A DNA stretch of 64,000 nt from Octopus sinensis. Lineage: Eukaryota. The position numbers and the translations under genes were made by a program. The notes under the pieces were generated by a model, which did not search any database, was not told the DNA's origin, and worked only from the letters and a program-made list of their open reading frames with translations. Every line of letters starts with the position of its first letter. Position 1 is the first letter of the stretch. The DNA is taken from NCBI RefSeq assembly GCF_006345805.1, contig NW_021832223.1, positions 434,001-498,000 on the forward strand, given 5' to 3'. Below are positions 1 through 12,543 of this stretch, one piece after another.

Positions 1-92
1 CTAACGTTTAATGTCGCGTGCTATCCGCGGTACCAATTCTATCGTGATACACTTTTGACCCATTAACCTATATTTTTAAAATAGTTTTTGCT

Positions 93-380
93 GAATGTGT
101 GGCTTGTGCTCAAAGTTAGCCGTTAAAAACATACAATCCTTTAATAAACGATAAAGAAAAAGCTTTAAGAGACCGATACGAGATTGATATAGATTTAAGT
201 CGATGGTCTTATGAAAATCATGGTCTCAAATATATTTTTTACGTAATTGATATTTATTTAAAATTTTATTTTGCTCGAGATACTAATTCGAAAGAAGCAT
301 TTCGAATTTCTTCTATTTTAAAAAAATTTTTAAATAATTTTGGACTTCCTCAAATATTACAATCAGACAACTGTGAGTAA
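93..380 (+). pseudogene. Degenerate rve-type integrase fragment (Ginger2/KRBA2-like)
   Basis: Frame from 93 reads ECVACAQS*PLKTYNPLINDKEKALRDRYEIDIDLSRWSYENHGLKYIFYVIDIYLKF...FGLPQILQSDNCE*: CxxC, RYxID and LQSDN motifs with an internal stop. Confidence 0.65.
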
Positions 381-395
381 TGCAAAAATGTAATA

Positions 396-449
396 CAGTA
401 AACTCTCTCGAATCCGCCATTTTTGGTTCCTGACCGAAATATGGCGGAT
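396..449 (+). mobile_element. Possible pogo/Tigger-like terminal fragment
   Basis: TA|CAGTAAACTCTC start, plus an internal inverted repeat ATCCGCCAT (412-420) / ATGGCGGAT (441-449). It begins just after the integrase fragment ends. No matching other end found. Confidence 0.3.
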
Positions 450-1253
450 ATAAAAAAGTTCATTTTAGATGTTGAAATTAACAATGAAAAATTTTATCTG
501 TGAATAAAAAGAAATTTAAACAATAGACTGATAGAAATTGGAAACTGGTCTTAATAGCGGAGGTCTTTTATAGCAATCAAAAATCTTGAAAAAATGAAAT
601 TGAATTTATTTTATGAAGGTTTTTAAATTTAATTTGGTTACAATAGAACCCTTTAAAGTAGGTTTCGGGTATATTTCTTCGGTTTCTTCCATGGAATTAA
701 ATACGTGTTTCTAGGCTCTGGCGTTTCAGTGTCCAGCAATGAATCACATGTAAGAAAATCTAAGAGTGCTGTGTCGTTAAGCTGACCTTTAGGCTCTCGA
801 CTATCCTGTATAAGCATGTGATGGTGAAATAGAATTCATCAAATTATTTCGGGTGAGCAAGGGTTCTGATTCCAGTCGGCGCGTACAAATTAATGATTGT
901 GACCTAGGAGTTAAATCTGGTTCCTTATTTGATTTGAAGCACTACAATCCTTTTAAACAAGATTTTATTATTTCCATGTCTAAGAGTTGAATTAAAACAG
1001 TCGTATTTTTTAAAAGAAAAGGTAAATAAACATTAAAATATGTCACAATCCGTTTATGCAGATTTCAGAATGGGACTGTGACAGAATATTCTGCAATTCT
1101 GTGACAGCTCGCATTATCCGGTATTAAAACAATTTTTTTGTTTTCGTTAATCATATCTTGATTTACTTTCCATAATTATTTATTGTTATAATGAACCGTT
1201 ATTCCTGGTGTTCACTTATATAGTCATTTTTACATGCTAGCATGGGTAATGAT

Positions 1254-2953
1254 TAGGGAAACATAAGTCAATAAAGTCAACTTCAATCCAGAGTTAGACT
1301 TAAGTCTAAAAATAATGATTAAATTAAAATAAAGTCAAAAAAAAGTTTATATAAAAAGTTCTTTAGGTCAATTTGGTCAACTTTTTAGATTTCCAGGTCA
1401 ATTTTTTTAATTAGGTCAATTTTTACATAAAAATTTAAATAATATTATTTAAAGCATCAAAATAAATTTAAAATAGTCGCAGTGACATTTGTCTTTTATT
1501 GTAACAAATTTTAAACTAAATTATAGTGTACTTATGCCTAAAAATAAACCTTCGGATTTTAAAAAAGCTAAAAATATTTGTGAAAAATATCCTAAAGAGT
1601 TTACAATTACACCAAATGGAATGCTTTTTTGTAAATTATGTGAGTTACATGTGACATGCAAGAAACAATTTTTACATTCCGCTCTATAAATTGAGAAATC
1701 GAGCAATTATCAACTTATTTGGAAGTATCGGGCATCCACTTCCTTCAGAGATTACTTGCCGCAATATGGTAGAAATTTTAGCACAACAAAAATATCCAAA
1801 ATAATTAATTTAATTTCAAATAAGAAAGTTAGTCTATTGGAATAGTATAATTGTTAAGGTTTTTTTGATTGTGGACGAAACTGGTGTTGGGAGAAACAAA
1901 TTTGTGAATTGTCTAGTTGGAAAATCCGCAAAGATCTTACCTAATAGATTGTATAAAAATTGATTCCTCTCCGAATTCTTCTATCATCAGTCAAATAATT
2001 GATGACACTATTCGGAAAATGAATGTTGAAAGAAACAATTTTTCTCTCCTTATTACCGATGCTGCTCCATATATGATTTCTGCAGGAAATACTCTCAAGC
2101 TATTATATTCCACTCTATACCATATCACATGTTTTGCTCATTTAGTGCATAATTGTGCACTTAAAATAAAAGTATATTATCCCGAAGTTGATAAATTGAT
2201 TGCTTGTATCAAAGCACTTGTTGTAAAGAACAATTATCGAAGACAATTGTTTAAGGAAATTGGGTACCCACCAGAACCAATAGTTACGAGATGGGGAAGC
2301 TGGCTTAAAGCTGTTTCTTACTATGCTACAAACCTGCCAAATGTTATTCAAGTATGCACTTCCTTAGAAGGAAATTCTTTGCTCATTAAAAGAGCGAAAG
2401 AATGTTTATTTAATGAACAACTTCATGAAGATCTAACGACGATAATATCACAATATTCACCTTTATTACATTTGCTTGATGATTTAGAATCGACCAATTT
2501 TACTATAAAAAAGCATTCAATTATTTGAAAACATTGGATTTTAAAGAAGACGTGTGTGGAATAAAAAATTATATTATCAAAAGGAGGAATTCCAATGACA
2601 TCACAAAAATTATGAATTTCGATGATCATTCCATTTCACCTTTAGATTATTCTTTGTTGATTGAATGTCAGGCAACATCGTGCGCAGTAGAACGATCATT
2701 TTCGATTCTTAACAAAATCTTAACCAAGGATAGGAATTTTAAAGTGGATAATGTAAAATATTACTTAATTGTAAATAACTCGGTAAACGATGAATAAAAT
2801 TATTTTAAATTTTCATAAACGTAGTTTATATATGAAAATAAAGTAGTATTTTTACGGTCAATTATTTGGTCAATTTTTAAAATTTTAAGGTCAATTACAT
2901 TGACTTTTTAAGGCCAATTTTTATTTTTTTAAGTCAATAAAAATGTTGCTGTA
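1254..2953 (+). mobile_element. Complete-ended defective hAT element (CGGBP1-like transposase)
   Basis: Perfect 8-bp TSD GTAATGAT (1246-1253 and 2954-2961). Imperfect TIR TAGGGAAACAT / ATGTTGCTGTA (8/11). GGTCAAT subterminal repeat clusters at both ends. Confidence 0.85.
1489..2797 (+). pseudogene. Disrupted hAT transposase
   Basis: Three ORF pieces: LFCKLC zinc-finger start; LITDAAPYM, TCFAHLVHN (CxxH) and PEPIVTRWGSW; ATSCAVERSFS dimerisation motif. Split by stops and frameshifts. Confidence 0.85.
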
Positions 2954-3120
2954 GTAATGATCATTTTGAGACTGACATTGTGCAAACATCTAGTCGGTCA
3001 CTATAAAAAGATATTGGAAAAAATGATTGTCTCCTTAAGAAACAAAATTGAGCCAAAGATGGATAAAAGGATGTGACAAGAAACAGTATAAGATGAATAA
3101 TAAGACTAGAATTTGTTATA

Positions 3121-3688
3121 TTAATTAAGTTCTTGATAGTTTTGTCGCCTTATTTTATGGAAGAGAAGGAAGGAAACTTGAAGGATCAAAATTAGAGCTA
3201 TAAAGCCGGAAAGGAAGAAAATCACAATTATCAATTTCTTTGAATAAAGTTTCTTTTTTTCAGAGTTGGCTATGTTTTGTGAAGTTGATGTTATTGTTGA
3301 AGTTTGAGTGGATTTTTTTGTAGAAGTTTTGGTGGATTTTTTTTTAGAAATTTTAGTGGATTTTTTTGTAGAAGTTTTAGTGGATTTTTTTGTGGAAGCT
3401 TGGGTGGATTTTTTTGTAGTAGTTTGATTGGATTTGGTTGTAGAAATTTGAGTTGAATTAAAAATTGTGCTTTTCGACAAAGAACTCTTGCTGACTGAAG
3501 ATGTATCTGTGCTGGTTAACGGAGTACTCAGTGTAGTTGCCAAAGGTGTAGTTGAGTTGGTCAACGGAGTACTCGTTTTGGCTAGAAATGTAAATGGAAT
3601 TATTGTTACCAGTACCAGATGACGAGGAAGATAAAGTTGTGATTTGAGAGGCTATGATACTCATTAGCAATAAAGTAAGCCGTTTCAT
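3121..3688 (-). CDS. Type I membrane mucin-like protein with (TKKSTxxS)n stalk
   Basis: Hydrophobic N-terminus MKRLTLLLMSIIAS. A 28-nt GT-AG intron (3582-3609) joins the two ORFs in frame. Thr/Ser-rich ectodomain with 24-bp tandem repeats, TM helix LIIVIFFLSGFIALILILQVSFLLF, short basic tail. Confidence 0.75.
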
Positions 3689-3959
3689 TAAAATTAGGTC
3701 AGCTTAAAATAATGTTTTTTTAAAAGATAAAGAAAATAACAAGTAAATATTAAATTAATAAAATATTGAATTATCAACTTTCACGTTTTCTTAGATCCAA
3801 ATTATTGTCCTGTTTGTACTCCGTTAAAGCCTTTTTCTTTGCTCGACAAGTCATTGAGCTCAATTTGTTGACAGTCTTTTTTGTCAATTCGTTGATTTAT
3901 GCACTCGACTCGGATATTTTTTTACTAAAGTTATATGAATATACTTTGAAAGTATTTTT

Positions 3960-4680
3960 ATGATGCTTGTAAAGGTTTCTTATAATCCTACCCCAGGTTA
4001 GAACCAAAGGCATTGACTGGGCAAATACCATGACCCCACAAAATAGTGCGACTATCCAAATAGTATGACCATTTTCAAGAAATTGTTTTTCATACTATTT
4101 GGATTTATCGTGGAATATCAAACATAACACACTCCAGAGTCCTTTAAAGAACACTTGATTGCACATAAGCCTGTAGAGACTTATATCTACACCCAGCTGT
4201 CTTAACTACCCCTTGTGGTGTTTAGTCATTACACACTGAATGACATGGATTTTGCACTGGTGCATAGTCCTAGTTCGTTTGCACGGAGGTCATATTTCCT
4301 CTGTCTGCAAACTTTTTTTGGGATACACTCGACCCACTCCACAAGGTGTCGTGCATTTTAGTAAGAATTCGCTCCCTTAAGTGTACGATGTTACTCAGTC
4401 CACGTCCTAGCTGCCTGCGAGTCAAGTATAATCTTTCCTTATTGTTTGCCAACACGTGGACGTGATTCTCTCGGAGTACTTTTCGGACAATAAGCTTCAT
4501 TTTATTGTACTCATTCAACTCGAATTCGATCAGGCCAACGTAGTGGTTTCGCAATGAGATCACGTACTTGTTCAAGGCATGAAATAAATTCCGTTCATTA
4601 AAGCGAGTTTTTCATAACATTGCTGTCTTACTACACAAACCCTTCATTACACACTTCCTCGTTTTGGGCGTGATTAATGA
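3960..4680 (-). mobile_element. Degraded fragment of REL-type (R4-like) non-LTR retrotransposon
   Basis: NKERLYLTRRQLGRGL motif and a PLVLTWG-like C-terminal remnant, similar to the element at 47500-49790. Confidence 0.7.
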
Positions 4681-4769
4681 GGCTGGGCTCTCAACCACGC
4701 CACGATACTTACGAATAGCATTCGAAAAAAGCATTCAAAATAGATTTTAAAATATAGATTTTCAAAATA

Positions 4770-4980
4770 CGATGTTCCAACAGGACGAGGCGCCATGAAA
4801 CAAATCGAGATTTACCATTCAATATCCTGATCAGAAGAAAGTTAAATTACTTGAAGTGGCCAAGTCAGCCACCGGATTTAAACATTATTAAAAACTTCTG
4901 GTGTATTCTTAAACAAAGAATACATGGAAAAGAACCAGAAGATCTCCAGGAACTCTGGAGAATTACAAAAACAAAATTAC
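4770..4980 (+). pseudogene. Tc1/mariner DDE transposase remnant
   Basis: FQQDEAP* followed after a frameshift by KWPSQPPDLNIIKNFW (cf. WPSQSPDLNPIENLW). Confidence 0.7.
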
Positions 4981-4984
4981 TCTT

Positions 4985-6250
4985 CTCCTATTCCCCATCG
5001 TCTGAAAATCTGGCTGTGTAGCTTCTTATCTGGTGGACTGGCTCAGACAAAATTCGGGTCAAAAAACTCCCGGTTTCGCTATTTACTTAATGGGGTCCCT
5101 CAGGGCTCCTGTCTCTCTCCAGCCCTCTTCAATCTACACCTCAGTGATATGCCTACTAATTCGGAAACACTACTCTTCTCGTACGCTGACGACATAGTGA
5201 TTGCTTCAAGAAACAATTCCATCGACGCTGCAACAAACTCACTCCAAACTCATCTAGACTCTCTGACCAAATGGCTAGGATCTAACCATATGACTCCTTC
5301 TGTGTCCAAATCGTCCATCACTGTTTTTACATCCGATAAAAGACAATTCAACCTAAACCCAGTCCTCTATGTGGCTGGTGAAATAATTCCTATTATAAAA
5401 AACCCGAAAATCCTTGGAGTCGTATTCGATCAATGCCTATCTTTTACGCAACACGTGGAGCTCACTTCCACCAAAGCCAAACGCAAACTGAATGCACTAC
5501 GTGCCTTATCTCGACAAACTTACGGCCAAGCCAAAGAATGCCTCACTTTGGTTTACAAACAATTTGTCAGAACATCAATGAACTATGCTAGTCCAGCATG
5601 GTCATGGAACTTGTCTTATTCAAACCTCCAAAAACTCCAAAGAATCCAAAACTCAGGCCTACGCACAATAACTGGCTGCCTTGCATCCACTCCCATCGAT
5701 CATCTTCATTGGGAATCTTGTATCCTTCCGGTCGAAGACCATTTGACGATGAGAGGACTCCAATTCCTACAGGAAATATAAGACTCTTCTCATCCAAGTC
5801 ACAAAATCTCTATTCCTGAAAACAAAAGACACATCATTTCTACTCTGGCCGATCAATGTAGATGTCTATCAAAAATACTCTCAACCAACAATGGGAAAAC
5901 TGCGAATAAACTAATCCATGACTACATCTCCACTCGTGCTATCAGGATGCTCAAAAACAACAAACTTCTCAACTCTCCCCCCCCCCGCCGGTCCACTCCT
6001 CAGAGCAATCACTCGGCAGATATCTCCGTGTCCAGCTTGCTCAGTTTCGCTCGGGACATCATCCACTGATTTTCGAACATACCGTTCCTTCACCCCCGAA
6101 GACCTCTTCCCCTGTCCTGGACCGCCTCACTTGTCTCCGCCTATTGGGATTCGGGATCTCTGGGAGCGCCCGATCTTCGCGTCTCGCTACCTGATTGCAG
6201 CTGGCTTCCTACGTGTTAGTAAAGCCGGGGTAACATAACTAACTAACTAA
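4985..6250 (+). mobile_element. 5'-truncated LINE (I/Jockey group, possibly Ingi/Vingi-like) with (TAAC)n tail
   Basis: RT motifs GVPQGSCLSPALFN and YADD, post-RT YASPAWS and KLQRIQN, frameshifted C-terminus CPAC...LFPCP...DLWERP, ending in TAAC repeats (6236-6250). Confidence 0.85.
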
Positions 6251-6559
6251 ACTTGCTTTAGGCTTAAAAAAGTTAATAAATTATTTATTTTACTTCATCT
6301 TCATTTCTTTAGGTTAAAATTACTTTTAAAACCGAATTTACTAAAAAATCATTTAACTAATGTGATTTTTATAATATGATCGACAAAGTGGAAATAATAG
6401 CTACAGAATTGCTTTTTTAAACGTTTATTCAATTTTTTATTTAATAAATCTTTGCTATCTACCAAATGGTCGTGAGGAATATCCATATAAGCTGCTATGA
6501 GAAATAACTAATATAATCTTTAAAGTTAAAGATATATTTGGCTTTATATTTGTAAGAGA

Positions 6560-6830
6560 AAAACCAAATGTTGATATTGAGAGTTCAACATAAGGCTAAC
6601 TAATAAAAACAATGGTCTAGGAGCAGAGACACATGTTGTTTAGTCCAGGATCGCGATTTTTATTTGAAAAGACAAAGACCAAGTGTAATCACTGTAAATA
6701 AAACAAGCAAAAAGTTAAAAACACTTAAAACTCAATTGGCTATGAGAAACAGTCATGTTGAAATAGTCGTCATGACGTTGCAAACTGACAGTTAAGTTAA
6801 AAACAACAAGCCAGATATTCAGAGAAAAGA
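6560..6830 (+). mobile_element. Degraded R4-like non-LTR fragment (zinc knuckle/REL region)
   Basis: PNVDIESS, KCNHCK and NKPDI-like remnants matching the family at 47500-50268. Confidence 0.45.
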
Positions 6831-7009
6831 TGATGAAATTTCATAACTTCACGATTAATCATGTAATTTTTAAATAATCACTGTACACGTATTCTTTATT
6901 ATGGTGATAAATCTAGTACTCAATAATTGATTTATTGCGTAACCATTAGCAATAACAATTAAAATACAAATTGTGTCAAAAATGGCATTCATTGCCCGTA
7001 AATTGCCCA

Positions 7010-7655
7010 ATGGACAACACAGACAAGACCAACGACTCCATAGAAAGTCTCCCCACTGCAAAAAAGTCCCTTCCTTGCCGGATTGTGGACGTACAACCAT
7101 CAACTCAGAGCAGTCCCTCTCCCCAATCCTCCAATCTGGACATGCAGTCCAATCGTTTCACCGTGATTGCCCTCAAAACCCAAACCTACGGACGCTGGAA
7201 ATGTGTGGACTACTTTGATCCCCCGGAACATATCAAATCACTCGAGGAAACCAAACCCTCCTCTTCTAGTCTAAGCAATGGCGATTCCCCAGAATCAAAA
7301 ACCCGCTCAAACTCAACAGACGAGTCCTCCCCCACCGAACCTTACAAGTATAGTGCCATCAAACTCTTTTAGTGCCCAATCTAGCACGGAATCCATCAAA
7401 AGTCGAATCGAGAAAGCCATGGTGGGGACATATTCTGAGTTGTAGGACATGGTTAAGGACCACCTCATCAGAGACGTGTCTAACGAGATCAGTCGACTGG
7501 CTAAGACGAATGAAACAGTCGATAGGTCTATGCTTCTTGAGGAAGTCTTTTTGAGGGGTCTGTACAATTAGATTCAAATTCTGAGGAGTTTGGTCCCGAA
7601 AGATGTTTTGGCTCAACACGATCTGGCCAAAAAACTAAAGGAAACTGATAATTAA
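7010..7655 (+). CDS. TSC22D: TSC22-domain family protein (bunched/TSC22D long-isoform type)
   Basis: RFTVIAL...GRWKCVDYFD motif. Introns 7348-7372 (25 nt), 7422-7445 (24 nt) and 7545-7571 (27 nt) give IKSRIEKAM|DMVKDHL...LEE|IQILRSLVPKDVLAQ (TSC box plus zipper). Confidence 0.85.
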
Positions 7656-7833
7656 ATTACAAATTATTTTGTGATTAAATTATTTCCGTTTTTATTATAT
7701 TTGCTGATTTTGTTAGATATAAAAATAAAATAATAATTTTTTCTAATTAAATATTGCAATTTAATTTATATTTTTTAATTTTTGAATAAACATAAAATAA
7801 ACGTGCAAAGTTTTTTGTGGTACCTGTTTTTGA

Positions 7834-9357
7834 ATGGTCCGATTTCTAATAAAAAAGCGTCGAAACAACGTATTCCCCACAATTCATTTCTCAACAGAAC
7901 AAAAACAAACCTTCCAACCCCAAACAACCAATCATTGCTGACAACGAAGAAATGTAACCCCCAAACTAACCAAATCCAGAAATTGGCCTTCCGAAGATGA
8001 AATCACTGACCCAAAATTACCCAAAACCAACCTTTCCCGCCAACAAATCCGTAAACTAGAGGCCAAAAAAGAGTTATCCAAAATGTACTCCCAACAAAAA
8101 TCCTCAGTCCCTTCTGAGAAAGTAAAGGCAATGAACGAGACCATGAAGGCAGACATAGTTCTCCCTTTTCTCTATCCTTAGATAAGACAAATCAAAAAAT
8201 CCCGAACTGAAATATCCAATTCCCTTACCCTTGGCACCCCCTTGTCCTCAAAGGTGTCCTGTTCTGGCCTAAATTGTCTGTCTATATGGGGAGACTGGGC
8301 CTTTCTGGGCACTCGGTGTTGTCGTCTAATCAAATGTATTGAAATTAATTAATTATTATTTAAATTAATTTGTTAATTAATTAAATTAAAGTTAATTGAC
8401 ATTAATTAAAGGGAGTATTTCGAATAAATGTGTGATAAAGACTATTCGTAGAAGAAATACTAGTTTTCTAAGGACGGAGGTGACTGGTATTGTGGCGACA
8501 CGTGTGCATGTCGTGGTGGGGTGTCGTGATGGGTCGGTGGTCCTTCTGGACAGTTCTACCCTCTCAGTCCTCAAAGAGTTCCCCCATCGACACAGAGAGG
8601 CAGTCACGGTTGTAATGTGTTGGAATATTTCCAGGGAGTTTGTGTTGGACAGAACGACTGTTTCTATACGTGTTCTCTCGACAGAACTGTCAAGGCGTGG
8701 AATTTGACATCTCTTAGTTATATAAATACTCTGTTTGGATTATTTATTGACTGAAGGTATGGACATGAGCAGGGAGTTGTTGATATTTCTGCCTTTTCTA
8801 ATTCGGAAAGACTGTTGACTGGCGGAGGGGACTCGAAATTACGGGTTTGGAAAGTCCTAGAAGACAAACAGCTAGTTTTCTCAACTCCTTCGTATGGGGA
8901 TTGGGTAATTGTAGATTGGACTTTGTTGACTGTGTGGCTGTGCTTGATGATGAGCACTTTGTGAGTGGAGGGACGAGGAATTACCTTCAATTATGGTCCA
9001 CTGCCTTCGCCAAGGCGGTCTATTTTGTCCCCAATGCCCACCATTCTAATAATCTTAATGATGTGTGGATAACTGCGGTGGAGACTATAAGGAATAGTGA
9101 TTTGGTGGCTTCTGGGGGGAATGATGGATTTGTGAGGATGTGGAAGGTTTCGGAAGACATTAAGTCGTTGAGTGTTCATTCTGCAGTCCAAATTGTACTT
9201 TTTGTTATTCATCGGCCAGGGGGTTGGGTTTGTGAACTGCATCAGGTTCTCAGAGGAGTGTGTGGTCACTATCCTCTCGAGGGAACATCGACTTGGCTCG
9301 TGGTGGAGACTTGCGGACGTGGATAATCTTCTATGTGTCATTCCTTTTACCAAATGA
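7834..9357 (+). CDS. RRP9: U3 snoRNP WD40 protein RRP9 (U3-55K)
   Basis: Spliced WD40 repeats HREAVT, SLDRTVKAWN, YGHEQGV, LRVWKVLEDKQLVF, and the diagnostic C-terminus GFVNCIRF...EHRLGSWWR. Introns are ~23-28 nt, plus one 76-nt AT-rich intron (8336-8411). Confidence 0.9.
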
Positions 9358-9659
9358 TATTATTTTCTTACTGATAATTACAGTTTATAAAAAAATGTTC
9401 TTTTGACTCATTTAGTACCATAATGTGACCTGTCTAGCATTATCGATCAAATAATTTTGGAAAAGATTTTTGACATTCTTGGAAATTTCGACAAATTGAA
9501 AAGCTACCTTATACCATTTGTCCAAATCAAAAATTTTAAAAATCGAATATTTATAATAAGCACGTTATTTTTAGTTTCTTTTTCGTATTTGTAGTATTTG
9601 GTTAGATTAACTTTATCCTGTGCACGGATGGGCAGATCCATGTCAACGCGCAGTTTATA

Positions 9660-9840
9660 TTCAGAGGCTACTTCACCCGACATGCATCGATAACCCGTGC
9701 TCGGTCTTTGCTTGCATGCTCTCTAAGGTCTTTCGCAACACTAGTGTTTGGATATACGGCTTCAACCTGTCCTCTTGTCTGAGCGTCTCCAGATGGTATT
9801 TGAAATTTTTTGACACAATTCTGTCTCAGAAAATTCAATA
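9660..9840 (-). mobile_element. 3' remnant of R4-like non-LTR family
   Basis: LKPYIQTLVLRKTLESM matches KTYIQSVVLKRTLECM of the element ending at 49787. Confidence 0.6.
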
Positions 9841-10055
9841 ATAACAAAGAATTTATTAAAAAATGAAATTAATTAGTCTCATTAATGAGAAATATGATTC
9901 CTCATTTTTTAAAGAGTTGTCAAATGTCTTTCGTAACTAGTCTATTTTAATCTGAGGTTTGATTTCAAGTTTTAGTCTGTAATTTTGTTTTTTAATCTCA
10001 ATTTGTTATAATTCATGTGCAAAAAATTTTGTTCACATGTATGTTAATCCAAATT

Positions 10056-10282
10056 TTGTTAAAATTCCATATGCAAATTTTTTTTCAATTCATACAAAGA
10101 ATCCGGAAAAGAACACGAAATTTTGAAAATCACATCCTCAGATTTCTTTAGAATAACATTAATATCACTTGTTAAAATTCCATATGCAAATTTTTTTTCA
10201 ATTCATACAAAGAATCCGGAAAAGAACACAAAATTTTGAAAATCACATCCTCAGATTTTTTTAGAATAACATTAATATCACT
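10056..10282. repeat. Tandem duplication, two ~113-bp units
   Basis: TTGTTAAAATTCCATATGCAAA...AATAACATTAATATCACT occurs twice head-to-tail, near-identical. Confidence 0.9.
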
Positions 10283-10499
10283 CTTAGCTTTACCAAATAA
10301 TGTTCTCTTTCTAAGGTTTTAAATTCTTCTGAAAAGCAAATAAACCTTGATGCCCATAATTCTTTACATTTCAAGTCCAATAGTTTCATTTTGAACTCAA
10401 TTGGGTTAATTTAAAATAGCAATAAATTTAAAGTGCTCATTTTAGGGCATAAGATTTATAACGGACGATAGGGTTGCCTTTTCTTTTCTAAAATCCTGA

Positions 10500-11030
10500 A
10501 ACTTATAAATATTTAAAATTCATTTTAGAAACATAATAGTTATATTTCCACATGTGCGGCACTTGAAAAGATTTTCTCGACCGTCCTTCCCTGTTGCATG
10601 CAAAACTCCTCATTAGATCATCCCCACGTTTAAGCCTGCGGTTGATTAGTTTGAGATCTACATTTAGCACCTCCAGTAGTGTAATAGGCGGGTGCCCCCA
10701 ACATCTCTTTTTTACTTGCAGCAAAGTATTCCTCCATAGCCAGATTTGCAAATGACGTCGGGTTCAACCATAGGACATGTCTAAACAGTCTCCATCAAGC
10801 TTCCATCATCATCAAATCCCAGCTCACAGGGCACGTTCAGCACTTTTGGTACAGTCCCTCCGTGTCGGCTATTGTACCCAGAATACTATTTGGAGTCTCA
10901 TTCGATGGAAGGAGTTAAGGCTTTTAGTTTCTGGAGCCCAAATCCCTAACAGGAAGAGTTATATATCAGGAACGGTTTCACACAAGCATTGCAGAGGCAC
11001 AAACCGAGCGAGATCGTTGCCGGCTTGTTA
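10500..11030 (-). mobile_element. Highly degraded retroelement-like sequence
   Basis: GC-richer than flanks, broken frames with a weak GFGLQKL (GGLGL-like) motif. Family not assignable. Confidence 0.25.
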
Positions 11031-11105
11031 GCCACTCAATCCGTTTTCATCTGTTCAACGCAGTCGTCGATAGTACTTTTCGGTACTTTTCAAAAGTACC
11101 TTTTC

Positions 11106-11792
11106 GGTACTTTTGTCGAAGTGGTCGCAGTTTTTTTAGAAGATAATTAAAATTAATTAATTTTTTTAGTGAAAAATAGATTATTTAATTTATAACCCTC
11201 TATCAATAATTTAAATGGTTATTAAAATTATTTAAAAATTTATTTAACCAATTTAGTCATTTTTAGTACGCGGCATCCAAATTCCAGGACTGTAGAAGGA
11301 ATTTATGTCTTTTACAATCTGTGCAAAAGATTCCTTATAGTTCTGTATTTGTTTTCGCCACATAAATTCTGAAAAAATAACTAACTAAAAAAACCTGCGA
11401 AATAAGATCCCAGATGATGTCTTACAGCTCCTCTTTGAGCTTTATTCTTGCATTTTGCACTTCCCCACATTCGTTCTACTGTCTGGGTGTGCACTCCCGT
11501 CGTTGGATCCACAAAGAATTTTCTGAATATATTTTGCAGAAAATGCACTGCATCCTCCTTACTTATTGGGAGCTGTCGGAATTTGATGTTGCATAAGTCC
11601 ACAACAGAATTTTCCATGTGACCTATAGTGCCAGTTTATATCAATATTAGGTACATGCTCGCCATAATATTAAAAAAATTAGAAAATAAATTAGTAAAAA
11701 ATTTAATAATATTTTAAATTATTGATAGAGCGACTTAAATAAAATATAATATATTCCACCTCAAAAACTGCGACCACTTCGACAAAAGTACC
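11106..11792 (-). mobile_element. Non-autonomous Merlin (ISXO2/IS1016-like) element
   Basis: Perfect 30-bp TIR GGTACTTTTGTCGAAGTGGTCGCAGTTTTT (11106-11135 / 11763-11792). Internal ORF 11381-11617 ends FVDPTTGVHTQTVERMWGSAK...HLGSYFAGF. TACTTTTC follows the right end. Confidence 0.9.
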
Positions 11793-11799
11793 TACTTTT

Positions 11800-12150
11800 C
11801 TTCGGGTTTGTCCTCACTGTTTCGGAAAAGTGCGCCAAATTTTTTGGAATTTTAAAATAAGTTTTATTCATAGCTTGGTTATTTCTTCTAAATGTTTTCC
11901 CCTTGTTGCGATTTCGTGACTTACAAAAAACTGTCAATTTTTGCACTCTTGGACTGTGGCCAATATTTAAAAAATGAATTTTCAGTCTGAATATTTTTAC
12001 CAAGTTCTTCACAGCTTTCTTTCGTGAGTTGCCAATTTGCTATTTTTTGAAAATTCGAGTGCTTTGTGTTAAAATGCCTCTCTAAATTTGATTTTTTGTT
12101 TTTTTGTAAAGTTTGGTAGTTGTTCTGAGTTAGATTTATATGCAAAAGAA
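11800..12150 (-). pseudogene. hAT (Charlie/SPIN, GTF2IRD2-like) transposase N-terminal remnant
   Basis: KKSNLERHFNTKHSNF motif typical of the BED-like finger of these transposases. Confidence 0.55.
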
Positions 12151-12543
12151 AATGTCGCGTATTAGCAAATTTTTATAGATAAAAAAAAATTATCAAGAAA
12201 ATTAAAAATGAAAGAAAAGTCTTTCTCCAAAACTTGATATAGATTATAACGTATAAAAAAGTTACCACTAAATATGTAAACTTTTAAATGATTTTACAAA
12301 TTATATAAAAACAAAAAAAATTGAAAGAGCTGACGAGCCTACTTAAGACCTAAAAAGCCACCAAAGGTTCGTGAGCCAGGTTTTTCCGACCCCTGCAGAT
12401 GACTATCTGAAAGACACTCTGCACATATTCCCAGTCAGTTTTACAAGAGAGAAAAAGATCAAAATAGTTAATAAAATATATTTTTTAATGTTATGTATAT
12501 TTATGAATGAAATGATTTAAAAAGAATTTAAATTAGGTTAGGA

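Noticed and set aside
600-1245. Possible host gene interrupted by the hAT
   Set aside because: Short open frames and intron-like segments exist, but no recognisable motif or consistent model was found.
3270-3440. CRISPR-like or satellite repeat
   Set aside because: These are 24-bp coding repeats of the mucin stalk with no unique spacers. No CRISPR array or cas gene anywhere in the window.
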